Assembly (NCBI GenBank): GCA_017461565.1
Contig: JAFTXQ010000016.1
Location: 40,178-104,177, forward strand
Origin: Oscillospiraceae bacterium
GTDB lineage: Bacteria; Bacillota; Clostridia; Oscillospirales; Ruminococcaceae
Length of the DNA: 64,000 bases
Direction of reading: 5' to 3'
Shown: one piece after another, positions 45,271 to 52,321 of the stretch
How the letters are laid out: the number at the start of each line of letters is the position of its first letter
How positions within the stretch are numbered: the first letter of the stretch is position 1
Notes under the pieces: model-generated
What the model was told of the DNA's origin: nothing
What the model saw: the letters and a program-made list of their open reading frames with translations, nothing else
Databases searched by the model: none
Translations under genes and position numbers: made by a program

Positions 45271-46239
45271 ATGAGTACTCTGCTTAGCTTTGTTATCCCG
45301 TGCTATCGCAGTGAGCTTACAATAGAAATGGTCGTTAATGAGATCATCGAAACTGTTTCACAGCGTGACGGGTATGATTACGAGATAATATGCGTCAACG
45401 ATTTTTCGCCTGATGGAGTATACAGCGTCCTTGAAAGGCTTGCGGCTGAAAATAAGAGGATCAAGGTCGTGGATTTTGCAAGGAACATGGGAAAGCACGC
45501 TGCTGTACTGGCAGGTTATGCCCGTGCAAGCGGCGATTATATCGTAAATCTTGACGATGATTTTCAATGCCCTGTATATGAACTGTGGCGGCTTCTTGAA
45601 CCGCTCGAAAAGGATGAATGTGATTTCGCAACAGCGAATTATAACCGCAAAAAGCAGTCGGGCTTCAAAAATTTCGGAAGCACGATCAATCTTATGATGG
45701 CTTCCGTGATGCTTGAAAAGCCTATGTCGCTGCGCTTTGAGAATTTCAGTATCATGCGTAGGTTCGTTGTGGAAGAGATCGTGAAATATGATAAGCCATA
45801 TCCTTATCTTGAGGGTCTTGTATATCGTGTTACCCGCCGTATTTCTGTGGTGATGATGGAAGAAAGAGAGCGTGGCGATAATAAAAAGACAGGGTTTACA
45901 TTCGGCAAGTCGCTTTCGCTGTGGCTGAATGGTTTCACGGCTTTTTCGGTAAAACCGCTGAGGATATCATCGTTTCTTGGAGCCTTTATTTCTGTTTTCG
46001 GATTTATTGTCGGCGCTGTCATGGTAATAAGAAAGCTTATATATCCTGAGGTGCAGGCGGGTTATACCTCGCTTATTGCCGCTGTCCTTTTTATTGGCGG
46101 TCTGGTGCTTATGGTGCTGGGGCTTATCGGAGAGTATGTCGGCAGAATATATATATGCCTTAACAATACTCCTCAGTATGTTGTGAAACGGACGATAAAT
46201 CTTGAAGAAAAAAGTAATAGTTCACTCATCGGAAATTGA
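45271..46239 (+). CDS. polyprenyl-phosphate glycosyltransferase, GT2 (ArnC/GtrB/DPM1-like), with two C-terminal TM helices
   Basis: It contains FVIPCYRSE...ICVNDFSPDG...NMGKHAAVLAGY..ASGDYIVNLDDDFQ and a C-terminus LIGEYVGRIY....PQYVV. This is the same layout as E. coli ArnC (..LLGEYIGRIY...PRYFV). Confidence 0.8.
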   Translation: MSTLLSFVIPCYRSELTIEMVVNEIIETVSQRDGYDYEIICVNDFSPDGVYSVLERLAAENKRIKVVDFARNMGKHAAVLAGYARASGDYIVNLDDDFQCPVYELWRLLEPLEKDECDFATANYNRKKQSGFKNFGSTINLMMASVMLEKPMSLRFENFSIMRRFVVEEIVKYDKPYPYLEGLVYRVTRRISVVMMEERERGDNKKTGFTFGKSLSLWLNGFTAFSVKPLRISSFLGAFISVFGFIVGAVMVIRKLIYPEVQAGYTSLIAAVLFIGGLVLMVLGLIGEYVGRIYICLNNTPQYVVKRTINLEEKSNSSLIGN

Positions 46240-46275
46240 ATTTGTTGAGAGGGCTTTTACGGAAAGCAGCATGAT

Positions 46276-46632
46276 ATGTTAAAAAAAATAGGACCCTATC
46301 TGCTTTTGCATCTTGTGCTGATCATCAGCACAATTGGTGGTATCTTTTCAAAGCTGGCTTCGAAGCAGCCTTTTTTCTCGTTTGAGTTCTGCTTGTTTTA
46401 TGGGTTGCTCCTGCTATCGCTTGGCGTTTACGCCATCTTATGGCAGCAGGTGTTGAAGCTTCTGCCACTTAATCTCGCATACGCAAACAAGGGCGTAACG
46501 ATTATATGGGGAATGCTCTGGGGTGTGCTGTTTTTCAGCGAAAGCGTTTCTTTGAGCAATATAATAGGTGCGGCAGTTGTTCTGGGCGGTGTTATCCTTA
46601 TGACGTGGGATGGTGAAAAGAAGCATGAGTGA
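46276..46632 (+). CDS. small 4-TM EamA/SMR-like membrane protein (ArnE-like putative flippase subunit)
   Basis: 118 aa with four hydrophobic helices. It lies immediately downstream of the ArnC-like GT2 and overlaps the next small membrane gene. Confidence 0.65.
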   Translation: MLKKIGPYLLLHLVLIISTIGGIFSKLASKQPFFSFEFCLFYGLLLLSLGVYAILWQQVLKLLPLNLAYANKGVTIIWGMLWGVLFFSESVSLSNIIGAAVVLGGVILMTWDGEKKHE

Positions 46633-46975
46633 GCTGTTTGTTTATTCTGCGATAATGCTTGTCAGTATCCTTATATCTGCTGTGTCTCAGATAATGCTGA
46701 AGAAAAGTGCACAGAAGACCTATCCATCAAAGCTGAAAGAGTATCTTAATCCGATAGTGATAACAGCGTATATCCTCTTTTTCGGGTGCAGTTTTATCAC
46801 TATGTATGCGCTTAAAGTCGTGCCGCTGTCTATGTATTCTATAATTGAATCCTGTGGATATATTTTTGTTGCGGTATTGAGCTTTTTTTTCCTTAAAGAA
46901 AAGCTTACAAAGCGGCAGCTTGCAGGAATGGCACTGATAATCATCGGCATAGCAATATACTCAATAGAAATATAA
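46625..46975 (+). CDS. small 4-TM EamA/SMR-like membrane protein (ArnF-like putative flippase subunit)
   Basis: About 116 aa from the ATG at 46625, an 8-nt overlap with the previous gene. It has four hydrophobic helices and ends [24 protein letters not shown]. Confidence 0.65.
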   Translation: MSELFVYSAIMLVSILISAVSQIMLKKSAQKTYPSKLKEYLNPIVITAYILFFGCSFITMYALKVVPLSMYSIIESCGYIFVAVLSFFFLKEKLTKRQLAGMALIIIGIAIYSIEI

Positions 46976-47058
46976 CAGAAAATACGATATGATCGTTTTG
47001 TGGAGCGTTTGCTTTGCGATATCAGTACGTATTGTCGGATGAATTCTAATACCACGCA

Positions 47059-47086
47059 GCCGTTTGTTGAAACAAGCGGCTTTTTA
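47059..47086 (+). terminator. intrinsic terminator at the operon end
   Basis: GCCGTTTGTT-GAA-AACAAGCGGC is a 10-bp stem with one mismatch, followed by TTTTTAT. Confidence 0.7.
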
Positions 47087-47504
47087 TGTTTGCTTTTTCC
47101 TGTTACAAAGGTACATGATACCATTTTAAAATTCATGTATTATCAAGATTATTTTTGCTGTATCAGACAATAATTATCACAAGGAGCGCTGACTTCGCTA
47201 TGTCAAAGGCGGATGATGGGGAATGATGCAGAATAAGCGCTGTTTTGACATTTGACTCCATACTCTTCCGTTGATAAAAACGCAAAGTTTTCCACTGCGT
47301 TTTTGTTCAATGTTACAAATCGTTGAAATTGCGTGTTTTTTTTGACGATACCACTTTACAATGTTTCGTACCTTATGATATAATGTAAATGTATGAGTGC
47401 ATACTTGCGCTCTTTGTGTAAGATATTTCCACAATTAGGATTGTGTTATATACAAATTATAAATAATATCAGTCCCGACTTGCGGGACGAGGGGATGTGT
47501 TCTT

Positions 47505-48803
47505 TTGGAAAAATACGTTATCAGGGGCGGAAAGAAGCTCAGCGGTGAGGTAGTTATCAGCGGTGCGAAAAATGCCGTTGTCGCTATACTTGCGGCTTCT
47601 ATACTTTCCGATGAGCCCTGCGTCATTGAAAATATACCCAACATCAGCGATGTTACCATAATACTTCAGATACTTGCAGAGATGGGCGCAAACGTCCGTA
47701 TGGTCAACAAGACCACCGTAGAGATCGATCCTACTACGCTGAAAAACGTTCCTGTGCCCTATGAAAAGGCAAAGCTCATGAGAGCTTCATCCTATTTCCT
47801 CGGCACACTGCTTGGCCGCTTCTGTGAGGCTCATGTTTCCATGCCCGGCGGATGCAACCTCGGCGACAGGCCAATAGACCAGCACCTCAAGTGCTTTGCG
47901 GCACTCGGCGCAAGCTATACTATTGAGGGCGGCATGGTAAATCTTACTGCCGAAAGACTTGTCGGCAACCAGATATTCTTTGACAAAAACTCCGTAGGCG
48001 CAACTATCAACGCTATTATGGCTGCTTCCAAAGCTGACGGACTTACAATAATTGAAAATGCGGCTAAGGAGCCTCATGTTGTGGATCTTGCAAACTTCCT
48101 CAACTCTATGGGCGCAGATATCCTCGGTGCAGGCACGGATGTTATTAAGATCCGTGGTGTGAAACGTCTGCATGGAACGACATATTGCGTTATCCCCGAT
48201 CAGATCGAAGCGGGAACCTTTATGGCAGTTGCTGCCGCTACAAAAAGTGACATTCTTATTAAAAATGTTATTCCCAAGCATCTCGAGCCTATCACACGCA
48301 AGCTTGTGAAGATCGGTGTAAAGGTAGAGCAGTTTGATGACGCAGTGCGTGTCGTTGGCGGCGACGATTATGTCGGCACCACTGTCAAGACCCAGCCGCA
48401 TCCCGGCTTCCCCACTGATATGCAGCCTCAGATGGCGGCGGTTCTTACCTGTGCCAAGGGCGCAAGCATGGTGACAGAAAGCATTTTTGACAACCGCTTC
48501 CGCTATGTTGATGAGCTACGCAGAATGGGCGCAAATATCTCCGTTGAAGGCAGGGTAGCTGTTATCGAGGGTGTGGATCGCCTTAAGGGTGCTCCTGTCA
48601 AGGCTACTGACCTGCGTGCGGGCGCTGCGCTGATAGTTGCGGCACTCGGTGCAGAGGGTACTACCGAGATATATGATATCTTCCATGTAGAGCGTGGCTA
48701 TGAGAATATGGAGCTTAAGCTCCGTGGTCTGGGTGCTGATATCTGCAAGGTGGATGAGCCTGATCCTGCCGAGGCAGAGAAGCCTCTCAGAAAGGCACTT
48801 TAA
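47505..48803 (+). CDS. murA: UDP-N-acetylglucosamine 1-carboxyvinyltransferase
   Basis: 432 aa beginning EKYVIRGGKKLSGEVVISGAKNAVVAILAASIL. It contains the active-site GGCNLGDRPID. The start is TTG. Confidence 0.92.
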   Translation: MEKYVIRGGKKLSGEVVISGAKNAVVAILAASILSDEPCVIENIPNISDVTIILQILAEMGANVRMVNKTTVEIDPTTLKNVPVPYEKAKLMRASSYFLGTLLGRFCEAHVSMPGGCNLGDRPIDQHLKCFAALGASYTIEGGMVNLTAERLVGNQIFFDKNSVGATINAIMAASKADGLTIIENAAKEPHVVDLANFLNSMGADILGAGTDVIKIRGVKRLHGTTYCVIPDQIEAGTFMAVAAATKSDILIKNVIPKHLEPITRKLVKIGVKVEQFDDAVRVVGGDDYVGTTVKTQPHPGFPTDMQPQMAAVLTCAKGASMVTESIFDNRFRYVDELRRMGANISVEGRVAVIEGVDRLKGAPVKATDLRAGAALIVAALGAEGTTEIYDIFHVERGYENMELKLRGLGADICKVDEPDPAEAEKPLRKAL

Positions 48804-49600
48804 TGGCGAGGATATACCCTATATGCAGCTCCAGTACCGCAAACTGCACGTTTATCGGAACAAAGGGGCACGGTATACTGATCGACGACGGCTGCTCGTT
48901 TGCTTCGCTAAAAAATGCGCTGTCGCTTATCGGTACGGATATAAAGCAGATAGAGGCTGTGTTCATAACGCACGAGCACATTGACCATGTAAAGGGCCTG
49001 AGCGTGCTTGCGAAAAATACAAATATCCCTATATTTGCAAGCGAGGGTACCATAGGCGCACTCAGATGCGGACGTGAGCCGCTGCCCGAGAGTGTAAAGC
49101 TGTACGATATTTTCAAAGAGGGCTATAAAAGTGCGGAATTTGAAGTAACGGCTTTTCGTACGCCGCATGACACGCCCGAAAGCGTCGGATATAAAGTAGA
49201 CTATAACGGTACAAAGATCGCCGTTTGCACGGATCTCGGTATCGTTACGCAGGAGGTGCAGGATAACCTGCTCGGCTGCGAAGCGGTGTTGCTTGAATCG
49301 AATTACGATGAGGAGATGCTGAGACGTAATGTGAATTACTCCGCTCCGCTTAAGCGACGTATCTCTTCAGAGACGGGACATCTATCCAACAAGGATGCCG
49401 CTGTATTTGCGGAAAAGCTTGTAAAAAGCGGAACGACACGCCTTATACTGGGGCATCTCAGCCGTGAGAATAACACCCCTAACACTGCATTTTCTCATGT
49501 CTGCTCCCACTTGCAGAAGTGTGGCCTGAAATGTGGTAGCGATTTTACGCTTGATGTTGCTCCGATAATTACCGAGGGGCAGTACATAGCACTTGGATGA
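48803..49600 (+). CDS. MBL-fold metallo-hydrolase (YycJ/WalJ-like)
   Basis: FITHEHIDHVKG is the HxHxDH motif. 265 aa, with a 1-nt overlap with the murA stop. Confidence 0.8.
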   Translation: MARIYPICSSSTANCTFIGTKGHGILIDDGCSFASLKNALSLIGTDIKQIEAVFITHEHIDHVKGLSVLAKNTNIPIFASEGTIGALRCGREPLPESVKLYDIFKEGYKSAEFEVTAFRTPHDTPESVGYKVDYNGTKIAVCTDLGIVTQEVQDNLLGCEAVLLESNYDEEMLRRNVNYSAPLKRRISSETGHLSNKDAAVFAEKLVKSGTTRLILGHLSRENNTPNTAFSHVCSHLQKCGLKCGSDFTLDVAPIITEGQYIALG

Positions 49601-49614
49601 ATAATAAAATAGTC

Positions 49615-49647
49615 AGGACCTGTGAAGAATGCTCACAGGTCCTTTTT
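49615..49647. terminator. intrinsic terminator between convergent genes
   Basis: AGGACCTGTGA-AGAATGC-TCACAGGTCCT is an 11-bp stem followed by TTTTTG. Confidence 0.8.
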
Positions 49648-49655
49648 GTTATAAT

Positions 49656-50579
49656 TCAGATGTCGTTGCTTTCGCAGACAGACCTTATCCAGCCTGTCAC
49701 ACCGTTTGGGAGATTTTTGTCGGCAGGTGTTCCGTCATCAAACATAAGGTCGTGTTGGATCCAGTTTATCATGCAGTGCTGACCCATCTCAAAGCCGTAG
49801 AACACTGAGGATACTCCACCGTCGCCGTTGTATACCCATTCCGGGAAGAAGCACTGACAGTTTATGAGCTTTGACAGCTTTTCAAGGTGCGGAGCTATGC
49901 ACTCGTCAAAGGTCGCCATCTCGTCGTGCCTGCCGTGGGCGATAAGCAGCTTTACGCCGCTCTCCACTATTCGGTCAAGTGCGCTGTATTCAGGAAAATA
50001 CCCTGAGGATATTGGTATCGCACCGTCGAAAAAGCTGCCGTAGTCCTCCAGCAGCCGCCACGTGAAGTAACCGCCTGAGGATGCGCCCATAACGAATTTC
50101 TTTCCGATATTGTCAGCATTGTCGCTGCACACCTTGTCAAAAATACCCTTTATCGGTGCGGAGTGCTTGGGAGACCATGTGCCGAGTATATTTCCGTTTT
50201 CAAGGCGCTCTTCGTTTGCGAGCGGCACAATTATATATGCGCCGCCCATTTTCTGCTGATACTTTGGTGAGGCGTATTGTTCTGCGCCGCAGCACATTAT
50301 ACAGCCGACGCCCATAAGCGAGTTGCTTGCGCCGTGGAGCCACATAAGCACAGGGTATTTTGCTGATGGATCGGCGCCGTGCTTTACGGGATCGTAGACA
50401 TAGTATCTTATGTCGCCTGTTTCAGCGCAGGGATAGGAATACTCGTCGAAAAGGTCAAAGTATATCTTGCTTTTATAGGTGTTGGAATAGCTGATAAATT
50501 CGCCGTCACTGAGATATTTTGCCCAGTCCGGCACTGCGCTTTTGTCCTGTGCGGTCTTTTTGAAATCGGGAAGTGCCAT
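49656..50579 (-). CDS. alpha/beta-hydrolase-fold esterase/peptidase
   Basis: The nucleophile elbow is GASSGG (GxSxG), with downstream HGRHD. No signal peptide is evident. Confidence 0.65.
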   Translation of the reverse strand: MALPDFKKTAQDKSAVPDWAKYLSDGEFISYSNTYKSKIYFDLFDEYSYPCAETGDIRYYVYDPVKHGADPSAKYPVLMWLHGASNSLMGVGCIMCCGAEQYASPKYQQKMGGAYIIVPLANEERLENGNILGTWSPKHSAPIKGIFDKVCSDNADNIGKKFVMGASSGGYFTWRLLEDYGSFFDGAIPISSGYFPEYSALDRIVESGVKLLIAHGRHDEMATFDECIAPHLEKLSKLINCQCFFPEWVYNGDGGVSSVFYGFEMGQHCMINWIQHDLMFDDGTPADKNLPNGVTGWIRSVCESNDI

Positions 50580-50608
50580 GCTGTCCTCCTTATGTCGCAG
50601 ATATGCGG

Positions 50609-51574
50609 TCAGTTGAGTCGTTTTGGTGAAAAATCGCTGACTTTAGTATACACTATCAGCGTGTCTCCGTCAAGCCTTTCGTGGGACATATCAACAGCAC
50701 GCAGCGAGCTGTCGTTGTATCTGCAGAAATAGTAGACTCCGCCGCTCATGCAGCAGGAATAATCTGTAAGCTCATGCCGCCCGTCTGCGGTCCTTACGCT
50801 GCCGAGTGGCATGGCGACATTTCGGAGAATGTGGAGTGTCTGCGTGATAAGTTTATTCTCGCTACTCGCTTCAGGGGAGTTCAGTTTTAAATATGCGGCT
50901 CTCACATAGCGTGAGGCAGGAGAGAAGTCCCCCGGAAGACCTATTGTCCCGAAGCCTCTTCCAAACGGCGAAAGCGTAGCCTTGCCGAATGTGATGTTAT
51001 CGGGGTAGTCGGGTCTAATATGCAGATACTGTCTGAAGTTTGTCAGATGGAAGGGAAACGGCGGAGAATTAGTCAGCACACCGATTGGATCGTCATATAT
51101 CCTAACTCCGTCAGCAGTGCTTTCAAGCACGAGTGCGCCGTTTTTGTCTGCAATATGCCAGTGCAGCGGTGTGAGCGGTATGTTTTCGCTGAACGGTATC
51201 GCTGCCAATGAAGTGCGCTGAAGAAGCGCCCTTGCTTCGCTGATATCCGCACACTGCGAAAGCACCCATGGGATAAGTTCAAACGGCGATATTACGATGC
51301 TATTATCGATGCGCTCTGAGATCCTGCTGTCAGGGAAGCTCAGTCCTGCCATGCACAGCCCTTTTTCGTTCATCGCATCCGCATAGAGAGGGTATCCTTC
51401 GGCGATCATAGCAGTTCCCGTAATTGCGTAGTGGGTGGATAGCTCTCCTGCTTTACGGAAATTAAGCGGATATTGTCTCGGTATTATCACGATATCCGCA
51501 TTGAACTTAAATTCTATATCCATATTTCTGCCAAAGCAGAAGCCGCCGCTGTTCATCGAAAGACTTGTACACAT
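50609..51574 (-). CDS. choloylglycine hydrolase family (Ntn linear-amide C-N hydrolase; bile-salt hydrolase or penicillin V acylase-like)
   Basis: The N-terminal MCTSL supplies the catalytic Cys2, followed by GRNMD. The size is about 320 aa. Confidence 0.8.
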   Translation of the reverse strand: MCTSLSMNSGGFCFGRNMDIEFKFNADIVIIPRQYPLNFRKAGELSTHYAITGTAMIAEGYPLYADAMNEKGLCMAGLSFPDSRISERIDNSIVISPFELIPWVLSQCADISEARALLQRTSLAAIPFSENIPLTPLHWHIADKNGALVLESTADGVRIYDDPIGVLTNSPPFPFHLTNFRQYLHIRPDYPDNITFGKATLSPFGRGFGTIGLPGDFSPASRYVRAAYLKLNSPEASSENKLITQTLHILRNVAMPLGSVRTADGRHELTDYSCCMSGGVYYFCRYNDSSLRAVDMSHERLDGDTLIVYTKVSDFSPKRLN

Positions 51575-51668
51575 TTTTGTTTCCTCCTTTTCGGATTATG
51601 ATAACCGAAATGTAAGGGCGGATACATCAGAGAGTACAGAAGTTTTTCAAGAACAGCGGCGGAAGCTT

Positions 51669-52307
51669 TTATCCGACCATATCTGGACTTATCTGGAGCA
51701 TACGTGCATTTTTTCCGTCGATGAAATCAATGCGCAGGAGAGTTTTGTTGTTCTGCCAGGAGAGAGAATAGCGTTCCTCGTTTTCAGCAAAGCTCTCAAG
51801 CCACGAGGTAGCAATCAGCTTTACGCTGTTGTCGGTAAGCGAGGGCATATATACCTTTACAAGCCCTTTGCCGTCGGAATATTTTTCCTCGGCTATTACT
51901 ATGCAGGCGTTAGAGTCGCTGTAACTGTAATACTTTGTTTCAACGGGTACATCGCCTCTCACCATAAAGAATGACAGCAGTATTATCAGCACAGACGCTG
52001 TAAGCAGCACGGCGCTTCCGATTATTTTAGGCACAGGCTTTGCGTCGTTTTTCTTTGATAGTATACCGATCATCATGAAAGCTGTCATGGAAGCTGCAAT
52101 AACAAGTGCGATTATCACAGCTATGATGAAGAAATCATACGGATGCGACATCGATATGGGCTGTTCGCCGTTGCCTGTAAGCGTGTATGTTGCTGAGACC
52201 TTGCTGCGAAGCGTACCGAGGACGACAGCGGTTGCTGCAATGACGAAGTCGGTAGCGAGGACTATTGTTGCTGCTGTTCTTGGTCTGCGTAATATCTTTG
52301 CTTGCAT
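51669..52307 (-). CDS. hypothetical membrane protein (3 predicted TM helices)
   Basis: Hydrophobic segments are TIVLATDFVIAATAVVLG, FFIIAVIIALVIAASMTAFMMIGI and IIGSAVLLTASVLIILLSFFMV. I recognise no family. Confidence 0.45.
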   Translation of the reverse strand: MQAKILRRPRTAATIVLATDFVIAATAVVLGTLRSKVSATYTLTGNGEQPISMSHPYDFFIIAVIIALVIAASMTAFMMIGILSKKNDAKPVPKIIGSAVLLTASVLIILLSFFMVRGDVPVETKYYSYSDSNACIVIAEEKYSDGKGLVKVYMPSLTDNSVKLIATSWLESFAENEERYSLSWQNNKTLLRIDFIDGKNARMLQISPDMVG

Positions 52308-52321
52308 TTGTGCTCCTTTCG

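Noticed and set aside
46976-47504. A 530-nt gap upstream of murA containing small ORFs (47198..47434, 47435..47659, 46720..47136) could be a hidden gene, an sRNA or a riboswitch.
   Set aside because: I could support only a terminator (47059-47086), a weak A/T-rich hairpin near 47275-47305 and a TTTACA-18-TGATATAAT promoter-like site. The ORFs lack an RBS and motifs. A regulatory RNA cannot be ruled out without covariance-model searches.
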